Positions 1-14,702 of a stretch of DNA of 64,000 bases are shown here, in pieces. The notes under the pieces were generated by a model. That model made no database searches. It saw nothing but the letters and a program-made list of their open reading frames with translations, and was not told the origin of the DNA. Numbering within the stretch: position 1 is the stretch's first letter; each line of letters opens with the position of its first letter. This stretch comes from Chrysomallon squamiferum (taxonomy: Eukaryota; Animalia; Mollusca): NCBI GenBank assembly GCA_012295275.1, contig CM022668.1:5580001-5644000 (forward strand), read 5' to 3'. Position numbers and translations under genes: made by a program.

Positions 1-51
<51 letters not shown>

Positions 52-1275
52 AATAATAAACACAACGAAAACACAAACTATTATTGTTATAAAGTTTGCC
101 AAATCTGATCTTCTATTGTTTGGATTGTTTTGTTTGTGCAACACATATTTTATTAGCAGCTGAATTAACATAAAACAAAACACCTGTTTTCACAGGACGA
201 CTAAATTGTAAGGTGTATTTTTTTCTTCTTCCTTTATTATCATTTTGAAATTTGTACTAAACGAGGCGATTAAACCAAGTTTTTCCTCTCTACCCACTGT
301 AACATTCGATATCCAGTATTAAATTAAACAAGATGTATTTCTCATGACGAAGTATTTTATCTGTGTCAGTCACGCGGTCCTGCTGAATCACGCGATCAGC
401 TGACTGTTGTCGTTCTGCCAGAAGATGTAAATATTTGTTTATCAGTGTCAGGAGCGGACCTGAGTTGAATAATAGATGCGGTTCGCTAGTGTTTTGTAAA
501 TATGTATACACCTGTGTTTATTATTTTTTCTAAAGTAATGATATATAACAGATAAAAATCGCATAGTGGTTTGACCGGAACTGAACAAACATCATTTTCT
601 AACGTATGTTTCTATTTTACCTTGCGAAATTAAAAGATTTTTGGAAAGATAAAAAAAAAAAAAAAAAAAGTAAAAACAACAACTACTACTACTACTACTA
701 TATAATTACTACTCAAATCCTCTACTATTACTACTACTACTACTACTAATACCTGTCATTATTACCAAACGTATAATACTACTACTTCTAATAATAGATA
801 TGCTCAATACTTTTGCTATTTTATTTTTATTATATTTACATATTTAGTTATTTTCTTTGCTGCCTACCCTCTTTTGGCCTGTACCTGAATTAATTTTCTG
901 AAACTCGTATGACTGCGCGTATTCAAAACCCGACTGAACAGGATGAAGCGTTTCGCCTCGGTAAACAGATATAATGTAAAGTGTTAAACTATACACAGGG
1001 GATCAACACTGGCGTGTCAGTGGGCATACAAGACGAAATTCCAACCTCTTTTTATATTTGATAGTTGTATTATGTTGTTTGTTTCTTTTTTTTTTTCTTA
1101 ACCAGATCCAGTACCATCCAGTTCGTCGTTCAGTTTCAGATAGGATTTACTGTTACAGTGTGTGTTTGTCTTAAAACAGGTTCATTTTTAAATGAGCATG
1201 TTATTCGTGGTAAATGATATCTAACAAAGACCCGATTCAAGATAGTTTATTATTCCCATTTTGAAAATAAATAAG

Positions 1276-1318
<43 letters not shown>

Positions 1319-1477
1319 AATAAATGGTGATGATGATGATAATAATTAAAATAATAGTAATAAATAAATAATAGTAATAGTATCTCTGACAGAACATAGA
1401 CGCTATTAACTGAACAAACTTGGGTGATTTCACTTTGTAAGTTCGAGCTTTTGTTTTCTGGGAATATGTCTTTGTAT

Positions 1478-1513
<36 letters not shown>

Positions 1514-1941
1514 TTTCCCTAGGAAGCTAGAGATCGAAATGACAAATATATATATATATAAGATAAAACAAAACAACAACAACTGAAAGTAACGGCAACA
1601 TCGGCTAAAACATTAAATAGACCTAACATAATATTCAGTTCACTTCTCTGTAAATTTATTGACAAAGGTTTAGATAAACAGAGTGCGAATCATAATTACA
1701 TATACTTATGTGTGTCATAATAATTAATATCAAGAAATCAGTTTAGTTACACTCATAGAAAAAAAAATGGCTCTGTAACACAGTTACACACACATCCACA
1801 CACACTGTGTATATTTTGTTTAGTCAATTAATAACATATGAACTAAAATATTTTGAATTAATTAGTTTAAAAACAACTTTTGTATGTGTGTGTTAATAAT
1901 AAGAAAGAAAGATTTCTAATATAGAGAGGGAAAAGTTATGA

Positions 1942-1985
<44 letters not shown>

Positions 1986-2439
1986 GTTATCTTTCTTTTC
2001 TGTTTGTCACTGCTATTGATTATTTATATATAAAAGGGTTGATAATCGTCTACATGTAACTATACAATTTTGAACAAGATATATTTTGGTGTAGAAGTGT
2101 ATTATCTTTCTCTTTCGTCCGGAAAATCTGTTCGCTGTCGATCTGGTGCATTTTACCTGGAACAAGCAACTATTATACTACTTTACCTATATCCTCACTG
2201 AATCAGTTTGATACTTGTCTGGTGGACTAACAGTCATTTACCAATTAAACATTGCTGGCAAATCAAAGAACAGATTCCCACCAGAATTTCATAGACAGGA
2301 ACTGTAAACATTAGCGCATGATGTTAGTGATATCAACATATGATTTTTATGTAGTGGCAGAAGGTGCCGAGCGTATCATGCTTAGTTAATAAGAGGCAGT
2401 GTTTTCTTCTCTTTTTTCATTTTTTGTATTTAATGTTTG

Positions 2440-2475
<36 letters not shown>

Positions 2476-3018
2476 GAACTTACAGAAAATTTCTCTAAGG
2501 TGTCTGAAGCCATTATTATCATAGTTGTTGTTTTCGTGTCGTTGCTATTAATGCTCATACTGTTATTGTTATTATTTCTTTATTGTTGTTGTTATTAGTA
2601 TTACTGTTATGATTATTATTATTATTATTATTATTGTTGTTGTTGTTGTTGTTGTTGTTGTTATTACTGAATGACGCTTTGTATAAAATGTTCTGTTCAC
2701 AGATATTAAGGATGTTCTTTGAACCCCTCTCATTACTACGTAGAAACCTCAAAACATAAATAATTGATATCTCAAAAACGTGACTAGATACTAAATTGGA
2801 TACCTCACAAGAGATCTGTACACACGTATTTTTGATATTGTAACAAAATAGATTTCTAAATTAATAAACTTAACCTATTAATCGATTAAGTATCTAGTTC
2901 ATAAGTGCAGTATTATAATCAGTTTTACTTTATTAATCCCTGTCATAATTTTTTAAACAGGTCCTAGACAGTGGCAACAACAGTAACAGCAACAGCAGCA
3001 GCAGCAGCAACAATAATA

Positions 3019-3104
<86 letters not shown>

Positions 3105-4474
3105 CACAACGAAAACACAAACTATTATTGTTATAAAGTTTGCAAAATCTGATCTTCTTTTGTTTGGATTGTTTTGTTTGTGCAACCCACATTTTATTAG
3201 CAGCTGAATTAACATAAAACAAAACACCTGTTTTCACAGGACGACTAAATTGTAAGGTGTATTTTTTCTTCTTCTTTTTTATCATTTTGAAATTTGTACT
3301 AAACGAGGCGATTAAACCAAGTTTTTCCTCTCTACCCACTGTAACATTCGATATCCAGTATTAAATTAAACAAGATGTATTTCTCATGACGAAGTATTTT
3401 ATCTGTGTCAATCACGCGATCAGCTGACTGTTGTCGTTCTGCCAGAAGATATAAATATTTGTTTATCAGTCTCAGGAGCGGACCTGAGTTATATAATAGT
3501 TTCGGTTCGCTAGTGTTTTGTAAATATGTATACACCTGTGTTTATTATTTTTTCGAAAGTAATGACATGATATATAATAGATAAAAATCACACAGTGGTT
3601 TGACCCGAACTGAACAAACATCATTTTCTAACGTATGTTTCTATTTTACCTTTCGAAATTAAAAGATTTTTGGAAAGATAAAAAAAAAAAAAAAAAAAAA
3701 ATGTACAGCGAAAACAATTACTACTACTAATATAAATACTACTCACTCCTCTACTATTACTACTACTACTACTAATACCTGTCATTATTACCAAACGTAT
3801 AATACTACTTTTTCTAATAATAGATATGTTCATTGCTTTTGTTATTTTATATTTATTATATTTATATATTTAGTTATTTTCTTTGCTGCCTACCCTCTTT
3901 TGGGCTGTACCTGAATTAATTTTATGAAACTCGTATGACTGCGCGTATTCAAAACCCGACTGAACAGGATGAAGCGTTTCGCCTCGCTAAACAGATATAA
4001 TGTAAACTGATAAACTATACGCAGGTGTTCAACACTGGCGTGTCACTGGGCATACGAGACGAAATTCCAACCTCTTTTTATGTCTGATAGTTGTATTATC
4101 TTGTCTTTTCTAAACCAGATCCAGTATCATCCAGTTCGACGTTCAGTTTCAGATAGGATTTATTTTTCCAGTGTGTGTGTGTGTGTGTGTGTGTGTTTCT
4201 GTGTGTGTGTGTGTTAAAACAGGTTCATTTTCAAATGAGCATGTTATTCGTGGTAAATGATATCTAAAAAAGACCCGATTCAAGATAGTTTATTATTCAC
4301 ATTTTGAAAATAAATAAGTAAATAAATAAATAAATAATTAAATAAATAAATAAATAAATAAACGAAATGATGATGGTGATGATGATGATAATAATTAAAA
4401 TAATAGTAATAAATAAATAAATAAATAAATAATAGTAATAGTATCTCTGACAGAAAATAATAGTTTTACGCATT

Positions 4475-4552
<78 letters not shown>

Positions 4553-5733
4553 ATATATATGTTAAAACAGTTTGTTTCTTGCTTTCTTTCTTTTCTTAGA
4601 TGAAAAGGGTCTGTATATTTTATTATTTGTAGGCTATTGTTTGCATGGACTAAGCGAACAGTATATATTTTATTTTTATATTGTAATTTGTTAGACAGCG
4701 AGACAAATTACATTCAGAAATATCAGTATTCGTACATACTGTTAGATGTGGAAATAAATTTGATTAAATTCATATCATAATATGTTAGATCGGGAAATTA
4801 GTTTAATACTGAGATAAAGTATGAAGAAACATGACAGTTTATGTGTACTTTTGTGTTGTTTTCCTTTAATTGTCGTGTTCTTTATTTCTGTATTTAACAA
4901 GACGAGGACATCTTCATCACCCTTGTGTTTGGAGTGTTGTCTTTATAGTACTCCTGAGTAAATCTGTCATATTAAAACACATTTTTATTTTTCATACATC
5001 AAACAATGTAGTATGTTTCGCTTCACTAAACAAATAAAATATTATTTGAAAAAAAAATTAGTATGGAGCCGTGAAAAGCTATAAAAAAAAAAAAATAAAA
5101 GAAAGATAGACAGAGCAGAAGAAGTGATTCCTTCGTTCGTCAGTGAAACAAATCTTATCTTTATTTTCTTAGAGTGGCCATATTCAAGATTTCTGTGTTT
5201 CATTTTTTTTTTCTTTTCTCCTCCCACCCCTAGTCGCTGTTAACTGAACAAACGTGGGTGATTTCACTTTGTAAGTTCGACCTTTTCTTTCCTCTCTGTG
5301 TGTATGTGTACGTATGGGTCTATATATATTTTTTTTTTTTCCTAGGAAACTAAAGTTCGAAAGGACAAAAAAAAAATAAAAAATAAAACAACTGAAAGTA
5401 ACATTGGCTAAAACATTAAATAGTCCTAACATGATATTCAGTTCACTTCTCTGTAAATTTATTGACAAACATGTAGATAAACAGAGTGCGAATCATAATT
5501 AAAATACTTGTGTGTGTCATAATAATTAATTTAAGGAAATCAGTTTACTTACACTCATAGAAAAAAATGGCTTTGTGACACAAACATGCACACACTGTAT
5601 ATATTTTAATTAGTCAATTAATAAAATATGTACTATAATATTTTGAATTAATTAGTTTAAAAACAAAGGGTGGGTGTGTGCGTGTATTAATAATAAGAAA
5701 AAGATATCTAATATATAGAGGGAAAATATATGA

Positions 5734-5782
<49 letters not shown>

Positions 5783-6345
5783 TATTATTTTTCATTGCTA
5801 TTGATTATTAATATATATCTGATAAAAAGGATAGATATACTACTTTACCTATATCCTTACTGAATCAGTTTGATACTTGTCTGTTGGACTAACAGTCATT
5901 TACCAATTAAACATAGCTGACAAATCAAAGAAGAGAATCCCAAAACGACCACCAGAATGTCACAGACAGGAACTATAAACATTAGCACATGATTTTAGTG
6001 ATATCAACATATGATTTGCATGATCATACTGTTCTTGTTATTATTTCTTCATTGTTGTTGTTATTACTATTACTGTTATTGTTATAATAACTATTATTGT
6101 TCTTGTTATTATTATTATTATTATTATTATTTATTATTATTATTATTGTTGTTGTTGTTGTTGTTATTATTATTATTACCGAATGACGCTTTGTATAAAA
6201 ATTTCTGTTCACAGATATTAAGGATGTTCTTTGACCCTCTCTCTCATTAATACGTAGAAACCTGCAAACCAAAATAACTGATATCTCAAAAACGTGACTA
6301 GATACAACATTGGATACCTCACAAGAGATCTGTACCCACGTGTTT
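1..6345. repeat. Tandem segmental duplication, ~3 kb unit (copy 1 ~1-2830, copy 2 ~3040-6345)
   Basis: Long near-identical blocks at an offset of ~3.04 kb (57-1395 vs 3101-4455; 1398-2830 vs 5233-6342). Copy 2 has an extra ~780 bp (4456-5232). Copy 1 has extra segments at ~2043-2170 and ~2350-2555. Confidence 0.95.
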
Positions 6346-6980
6346 TAAATTCCGGTGTTACTAATCATATTTCGTCTTTTCTTGTCTGTGCACGATCGAG
6401 TTAGTTTCAGCAAGGGACTGATTCACTCTAATAACAGAGGAGGTGAACAGGGCCGGTACTGAGGCTTCAGTGTTTTAAGATGAGTCTTGTTTCGTTTTCT
6501 TTTATTTATTTATTTATTACATTTTTATTTGTTCAGTTTGATTTCCGTTTTCTAACTCTTAGAAGCAGAGAGATGTGAAGTTTGCAGTGCTAAAATTAAA
6601 TGTTATAACTTCATTTTTCTAAAACAGATTACAATACAAACCAATTTCTCCCATACACAGACACACACAAATGCATTTTAACGTAAAAAGGACTGTAACA
6701 AGACCTTCGAGATATATATATATATATATATATATATTATGTTTGTATATATATACAATCATAAATAAATAAATAATGAATACAGAAGTAAGATATAGAC
6801 AATCAGCAGGTTAAAACAAAGAAGACAAAAGAAAAACCCGAGATAGGAAAAACGTGACTACGTATAAAATTTAATACCTCAATGAAAATCTTAGATTCGT
6901 GTTTTAAATGCAGGTGTTAGAGATTAGGTTTTGTCTTCTGTTTACTCTGCACGTTGAAGTCAGCTTAAACAAGGGACTGA
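6318..6980 (-). promoter_or_regulatory. Two paralogous putative non-coding first exons (6318-6421 and 6878-6980), each with an Inr-like TCAGT and a GAG|GTAT donor
   Basis: 6290-6465 and 6850-7020 are diverged copies. On the minus strand both read gtgaaTCAGTcccttg, then ~100 nt, then GAG|GTAT. No sustained ORF. Confidence 0.35.
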
Positions 6981-7411
6981 TTCACAATAATCTAAGGTGA
7001 GGGTGACAGGGCCGGTACAGAGATTTGTAGAAATGATATTGCAAATGTTTTTCTGTGTTTGTTGCTTTATTTATTTATTTATTTATTTATTCATTTATTA
7101 TTTATTTATTTATTTAAATACAACAAAAATTATTTTTTGTGGAGCTTTTCGCTTTTGGCTCCACATTCGTTGAGAGAGACAGAGAGAGAGATTTCCTGCA
7201 TGAACTAAGTTCCTGTTTTTGTTTTTTAGAAAAGTAGAAAGAACAATGAACGACTGACTAATACTACTTGTTTTGTTTTGTAAATGGCAAAAATTCTGTA
7301 AAGATTAGAATCTAGCTCACAGTCGCGCTACATATTGCACACACATTAATAACAACAAGAGTATTTTTATTTTTTACACTGTGTGGATAATAGTTATTTG
7401 ATGTCGTCAGA

Positions 7412-7486
7412 CAGTGGTTGGGAACAGAGCCGGATTAACAACGTAGCAGTTGTAGGAAATGTACGTATTCAGGGGCCCCGCGGATC

Positions 7487-7521
<35 letters not shown>

Positions 7522-7763
7522 CACTCAATGTAGTAAGATGTTCATCCACCGTCACGTCAGAGATCACAGCAAGCAATCATGTTTTACAGACTGCACGGGG
7601 GAGCGTTCGTTTTCCTAACTGCGCCGAGTACAAAGTGCAGAAAGAAAAACGTTTAAATGTGCTGACGTTGATGAGCGTCCAATGTGAGTTGTTGAGAAAG
7701 GTTGACACTATTTCCATTATAAAAGACTTTGCTCATATAAAATCTCGAAGGCGCGATATATAA
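7412..7763 (+). mobile_element. hAT transposon relic with a transposase C-terminal dimerisation-region fragment
   Basis: 7638-7763 translates to QKEKRLNVLTLMSVQCELLRKVDTISIIKDFAHIKSRRRDI*, resembling the RLnxLxLxSIxxE...II.dFA..K.R end of hAT transposases. A hAT-like terminus CAGAGCCGGATTAAC lies at 7425. A possible degenerate partner end lies at ~9080-9108, but no TSD was confirmed. Confidence 0.65.
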
Positions 7764-8301
7764 CTTAATATGTGTCTGAATCACACTTGTCTACTGTTCG
7801 GAAGATTCTTTTTGTTTCCACAATGCATAGGACTGATTGTTCAAACATTAAGGTGTCTGTACTATTTGATATTTAAAACAATGATATCAATAGTTTGAAG
7901 TAGTTTGAAATTGTACTATAAGGATTAAAAACATCACAATATGAACGAGTGAACTGGAAGATTATGAAAACAATCGAAGGGACAACTTATATTACTTATA
8001 CTGGCCTGTAGGATGTTTTCATATTCATGATTTTCAGACAGACTGGTTCGACAAAACATTCATTCAAGATATCGATAAGCGGTGTAAACCTACAGAAAAC
8101 AAAATAATATTAAGATAATGAAAGAAAAAGTTCTATATTTTCTCCCAAGGCTGTCTTTAACTTTACATATGATGTGTTAATGTTGGAAACACGATATGTA
8201 TTCTCAGTTTAGTGTATACACACACAAATATGTATATATATACACATACGCGCATACATACATGCACACACACTAGATGCATAACATCAACAAAAATGCA
8301 T

Positions 8302-8400
<99 letters not shown>

Positions 8401-10466
8401 GAGAGAGAGAGAGAAACAGAGACTGTTTTAACCTTGGAGATGTCTGTATTGTTTGTTGACATATCAAAAACATTGTTCCGTTATCAGAAAAAAAAAAAAA
8501 AAAAAAAAAAATTTTTTTTTTATTTCCCTCAGTTGTTACTGTCTGCGGACTATTTGTTATACAAAGCAGTGCTAATGTTTATTACTAAAAGTAATTTATT
8601 CTCTAAACTCACCATCAGCAAGTATTTATTTCAATTATAGAAGTTCCTTGCTTTTATAGATAAACGTTACGTTTCCATGAATTGGTTTATCTATATTTAC
8701 AAATGGAGGTTTCTTAATCTCTATGACTTTGTATCTCTTAGTCTATCTTTAAATCTGTATGAGTGCGTGCGAATTTCAAACTTTGCCCTAGAGTTTCGGC
8801 ACCTGGTGAGAGACTTGTCTTTTTTTTAACGGTATAAGGTTTAATATATACACACACATATATATATTTCGTTTTGGAATTTGCATCAGGTATCCGAAGT
8901 AGACAGCATCCGGATTAGACACTGTTTTGTTCACAACAGATTAACAGTAGCTGGAAGGGAAACTGAAATGTGCCTGTGCAGCAGTTAATTACAAACCAAT
9001 GGAAATCGCACATCCCAGGCTTTGTAATTTCCTAGGAAATGCCCCCCACCCCGTGGAATAGCACAGTGCATAGCATCCCTGTTAATCCTATCTTCTGGCA
9101 CACCACTGGTATAGACAGGTAAATCTCAGTCAGAAGGGAAACGTTTATAAACAAACAGTTTCTGACTACTACAGTAGGTTTTATCAGTGCTTTAATTAAT
9201 TACTGTTTATGAAGGAAGTTGGTCAGTAAATAATTTCAAATCAGACTGTCGCTCTTTTTATTTTTCAGTTGTGTACCACAATCATGGGACTAGAGCTTTT
9301 TCTAGCTGCAGCTAAAAAGAAAGTAACAAAAACCTGAAATTTTAAGGTTGCGGCGTGATAAAATATTTTTGCTGTAATGTAACAGACTTACTGTATTTGA
9401 AACTGTTGTTAAACAGAAACATAAATAATTTTGGGCGAAAAAACCCAACAGTTTCACCCATTTCTAATGTGGAAATATATGCTGTTCATATCAAAACCAC
9501 ATATACAAGATATGTTTATAGTGAGATGCAGTTACAGACACAATCACTACTGCTATATGTTCTATATTAGGAGGGGTTTGTGATTTACAGGGTTTGTGAT
9601 TTACAGGGTTTGTGATTTCCTGCTACGCTAGTTTATACACAAATCTCGGTTAGTCCAAGATTCTCTTTTGCCGAGTGCACGGTGTGTGTGTATGTGTGTG
9701 TGTCTGTGTGTCTGTCTCTGTGTGTGTGGATGTGTGTGTGTATGAGTGTGTGTTGATGTGATGAAATAATTTAAAACAGATTATTTGTTTATTTTTTAAA
9801 GTTAACTTATTATCAGTGTTAGTGAAATCAAGGGCAAGCTAATATACATGTGTGTACGTATATATGTATGCATGTTTTTTGGGTTGCATACATACACACA
9901 CATATAATATTTCTCACTCTGAACAGAATAGAAACAAATAAATACATAAGTAACAAAAAGTAAATAATAATATCTGACACATTTATTTCTATATCTTTGT
10001 AATTCACCTGTTTACAAATATAAACACAAATTAAATACAAAAATAATTCATAATAAAAAAAATACAAATTTATTTATCTGTTTTTCGTTTATTTATATCT
10101 CATCTATAAATAAATAAACAAAGAGTTGCTAGTCTTAGTAAAAGAAAATGGATAAATAAATGAAATAACAGTTCTTATTTCCATGTCTAACAACTAGGAA
10201 ATACATACATAATGTATCTACATATTATATTTCATATACAAAAAACAAAATAAAAATAAAATAAACCAAAAAGAAAAATGCATAAATAAATAAGTAAATA
10301 AATAAATAATAACAGTAACATAATAAATAAGAAATGAGATGTTTATACACATCATGCACGTGTTAGACAGAAATCAGTTCATTAGAAATCAAAAAATTCA
10401 AATCAAGTGTGTATGACGTCATCACTGCTGTCTGACGTCATCAGAAATACAAAACGTAATCAAACA

Positions 10467-10501
<35 letters not shown>

Positions 10502-10562
10502 AAATAAAAATAGAAATACTACGTCAGTGATGATTAAATTTGTATTTGAACGATGTTGTTTT

Positions 10563-12110
10563 TTACACTAAAAATAACAAAGCAGGTATTTGTCCGTGTG
10601 TCACATCTGCATAACTAAGTTTTCTGTGATTGTGTTTAGATTTGTGTGACTCAGAAAATCTACAAACAAAAGAGTCTACAACAATTTCTGATTTACCTTG
10701 AAATCCACGCCCTGTGTCTCTTCCCTTAACAGTAACAAACAAGCTGTACTCAGTGTCTTTAGTAATCTTCACTGGACGACTGAACACGACGTCATACACG
10801 TCAGACACGACGTGTTCATATATCTGTGTCAGTGTAGACCCCTCCAGTATTTCATCTGTTCTTGTGTCAGTGACGAAGGCGCTGACGTCGTAGTTTCGTG
10901 GTGCAAGTTGACCGTACAACTGAAATCCGCGAAGTAAAGCGTTTTTGTTCACAGAGAAAGTAATGGCGTCATCTTTTTCACCAGTATATGTCCAGTAACC
11001 AAACCTACCAAACCTGTTTATTGTAATCTGTGTTTTCATCATTGCGGTTCTCTTGTTTGAGTTGAAAGGTGAAACATCTTCATCACTGCTCACCCAGTGT
11101 CTCAAAATCTTGTTTTCTTCTGTCTCAGTGAGTATGTGAGTGGGTGTCACGTGTTCTACAAAATACGTCTGATCGAGTAATGGATAACGCACGTGCTTCA
11201 CGACCTCTCCCAGTGCTTCGCGCATGTTTTTTTCACTCGTCTGTCTTCCTTGCTTCCTGCACGCGCTGTCAGCCCACTTCACAGCGGCTTCAAAAACATT
11301 TTTCTCGTCTGCTGTCAGTTCGTCTGATCGTACGATCTCAACCAGACATTCGTGACAAAGATCGGTGACTTCATCTGACTTCAAAACTTCGTCGCCATTT
11401 TTCAAAATGTAGTCCAGACTTTTTCTCCTTAGATCATGTTCATCAAACATGTGAGCTTGTTCCAGCACGACGCACGCATTCTGTGACGACAACGACGACT
11501 CCAAATAGTTGACACACTGTTCTTCCAGTGTCGTGACGATGTACTTCTTCGATAGATACAGCAGATCGGTGACGTTGTCGCCTGTTAGGACGACGTCATC
11601 CGTGTAAAGATATCTGTGTAAAAGAAGTAGAGTAAGACTTTAAAATGTGAGATAACTAAGTGAGATTAATTAATTAGAAAATAATTAGATTACTAATAAA
11701 AACTGTATTGTTATCAACGTTTCTGTTTGTATGTATGTCTCACTTCCTCACTGTGTTCGTACATGTGTTTCCATGTCTCTGTGTATATGTGTATGTGTCA
11801 GTATGTGTGTTTGTGTGTGCGTGTGTGTATGTGTGTGTGCTTTTTTAACATACCTTAAAAACTCTGAAAAGATGTCTGCCTTCACATCAGGTATCACAAT
11901 ATCTGCTTTTTCGCGAAGTTCTCCAGTCAACATCTGACTGAAAACTTCGCTTCGAATGATCAGAATTAACTGATGCGCATCAACAGCCGTTTTTTGTTCC
12001 CCAACTAAAAATCTGACGTCCTTGTGAGTTTTTGTAAGAAAAACGTGCTCAAGGCATTCTTTCAGATTCTTCCCTGTCTGCCAACTTGAGGTTCCAGCTG
12101 CAGTGGCCAT
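10563..12110 (-). CDS. BTB/POZ-BACK-PHR domain protein (BTBD1/2/3/6-like), 435 aa, 2 coding exons
   Basis: Exon 1 is 12110-11854 (MATAAGTSSWQTGK...DVRFLVGE...AHQLILIIRSEVFSQML...IVIPDVKADIFSEFLR, donor GTATGT). Exon 2 is 11613-10563 (acceptor ttttacacag; YLYTDDV...BACK EKNVFEAAVKWA...HVRYPLL...PHR DAITFSVNKNALLRGFQLYG...GQIPALLF*). The phase-2 junction is in frame: 257+1051=1308 nt. Confidence 0.93.
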
Positions 12111-12130
12111 GTTCTCAATAGAAACAGAAG

Positions 12131-12195
<65 letters not shown>

Positions 12196-12237
12196 CATAC
12201 TAAATATAATTTACAAATATTTCCGTGTACATATGAC

Positions 12238-12364
12238 CTGTACATGGACATATTCCAAAACCGAAAGAAACACTTTTTATATAAAAAAATTAATCAAAAT
12301 CATTTCTAAAAACCGACTAGTTTCTGTTTAACGCCTCTACTACTGAACACTGAGATCAGAGATC

Positions 12365-12405
<41 letters not shown>

Positions 12406-14256
12406 AAGATAAGGAAAGAAAGAAAAACATCGGATAGATAAAGGATAAAAAAGAAATATCTTGTGGTTATGGTAATGATTACTATCCTGATGACGAAGAC
12501 ACAAATAATTATTTTTATTATCAGTATTATTATAAACAGAGGTGTGTGGTCAGTCAGGTAAGAAATATTTCACTGTGGGAGAAACGATTTTCATATCGCA
12601 ATGTACTTGTGGTCATTTATAACAATTTACTTCTCAAAACGTCAGCAAAATTATCCGTCAGTGACAGATCTAAAAAGAAACACTAAAGAACAAGAAATAT
12701 TAATAAAGAAAAAAATAATAATAAAGAAACAAACCAGGATGCGATATTTTTGACATAGAAAACAATTTAAAATACCTTCTAATTTAAACTTGCTGATGGA
12801 CAATTTATTAAGGCGACTATTTTCTCTCTGTCGACTCAACTGCTGTAGATCACCGCTATCACAGATCTAAGAATAAATGAATACAAATTAAAATAAAATA
12901 AAACGAAATGAAATAAAGTAAGCAATAAATAGCAAAATATATCAGTAAGAAATAATGTCTCTACTAGGGTAGTAACAGAAATAGTAGTACTAGTATTAAA
13001 GATATTACTACTACTACTACTACTAGTAATAAATTAAGAACACTGGAATAGTTAAAACATAAGAAAATAAAAATATCATAGACTTTCAATATGGCCGACT
13101 TGTTTTATTTCTGCTTTGTGTACTTTTGGTTCTCAAAATCCTCCACTGATAAACACGCGAGTGACGTCATATATTTTACACGTCATCAAGTGCAGTGGCG
13201 TGCAGAGGTGAGGGCCGAAGTGGCTCTGGCACCGGGCATCCAGATTTATATTTAAATCGAATAAAGTGTTTATGTTTCATCTGTGTTCACGTATTCAAAA
13301 TATCTTCCTTTCTCATACTATTCCTCAGTGCTAAGCCTTGTACTTGAATCTTTGGGAATTACAATCAAGGAGTTGGCCCCGGGCTTCACCAGACCTCCAC
13401 ACGACACTGATCAAGTGTCACGTTGTTAGGTTTCAATGTCAGAATAAAATAAAGAAATCGTGCTACGAGATATATGTATACTCATCTTACATAAATCTTC
13501 TTTAAAACTGATTACAACAATTGAATAGATTAAGTACTACTAGACTGCATTGTTTATAGGTAAGTTATAAAATCTGTATAATAATAATAATAATAATAAT
13601 AATATAAACAAGAGCAACAACAACAATAAGAACATGAAATAAATTTTACAGTGCACTAAATATACGTGTACATATACTATTTCTCTGACGATGCTTACAT
13701 GACCAGTATATCAAGTTAAGCTAACACGTGACGTTTGTTTGTAATGTAGCTCAGATAGAAATAGCGTGTCACTGCTGTATGAGAAACACAAAGGTATACT
13801 CGGGTGTTATTTACAACGATCTGACAAATTCATTGTTAAAAAACTCTCTGCCCATAAGTGTAGAAATAAACCCTTGAAAATATGAAATCAGTTACATTTG
13901 TCATTATTTCAAGGAAGAAAATATAGACCACCCAATTATTTCCAATAAACAGAACGAAACTAACAAACTCGTAAAGAGAAAACAATACTATTATATAAGA
14001 TAATATTTTCACATATTCTATTGGCACGTACCATACCTTTAAAAAGCCTCACGCTGTAATACTGTTTATTATATGTATATCAATAGCAGTATATCAATAA
14101 TAATAATAGTAATAATAATAATAAATTAAATTAACACAATATAAAATACATTGTAGTTTCAAAACACATATTTACCTGAACAAATTTCTGATCGATAATT
14201 TCTTAGAAAGGAGTAATTTCTTTTTAACTCTACTATTGATTACAGAGATCAGGGAT
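12238..14256 (-). other. Putative duplicated 5'UTR exons upstream of the BTB gene (14256-14176 and 12363-~12238)
   Basis: Both begin after a T-rich acceptor with ATC(C/T)CTGATCTC...AGTAGAG and are homologous. The first ends in TTCAG|GTAAAT. Further tag|ATCT acceptors occur near 12670 and 12867. Confidence 0.35.
13193..13409. mobile_element. hAT-family MITE, 217 bp
   Basis: Imperfect TIRs CAGTGGCGTGCAGAGG / CCTCCACACGACACTG and a perfect 8-bp TSD ATCAAGTG (13185-13192, 13410-13417). Confidence 0.85.
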
Positions 14257-14356
14257 CTATAAACAAATAAATAAATAAATAACTAAAATGATATAAAGTA
14301 AAACGAAGTAACCAGATACAGCAAAAACTATAAAAGATTAACTGATCTCTTCAGAT

Positions 14357-14702
14357 AGAGGAACCAATTATCCGGCGTCCTGAAATACCGAAAGACCAGA
14401 AAACCAGAACTTTTCCCCGACGTAACTTTCATACTTTCCGCGCGCGGGTTTTGTCCTCACCAGACTGTAACTGCTCTTTCAAGCCGCGTGCTGTTCATTA
14501 ACTCGCCGCATTGTTTACGTGTCGACTCGCCACAGTTGTGTGTCGTCTATTTTCTTTATTTATTATTATTTTCTTAAATTGTAAAATGTTTATGCCTAAA
14601 TATTTTCGAATTTAAATCCCTTGGCACGAGAAAACCGGAAGATCCAGAAATTCGGAACGCCTCAGGACCCAAGGAGTCCCGATAATTGGTCCGGTACCTG
14701 TA
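14357..14702. mobile_element. Possible degenerate pogo/Tigger-like MITE
   Basis: Inverted motif ACCAATTATCCGG (~14363) versus CCCGATAATTGGT (~14678-14690), ending in CTGTA. GC-richer than the flanks. The left end is decayed. Confidence 0.4.

Noticed and set aside
290-3535. Duplicated ORFs MYTYLQNTSEP... (290-511 and 3332-3535)
   Set aside because: They start at GTG, have no recognisable domain or good acceptor, and their similarity is explained by the segmental duplication.
9575-9620. GGGTTTGTGATTTACA x3, superficially telomere-like
   Set aside because: A 16-bp local tandem repeat that does not match TTAGGG or TTAGG arrays.
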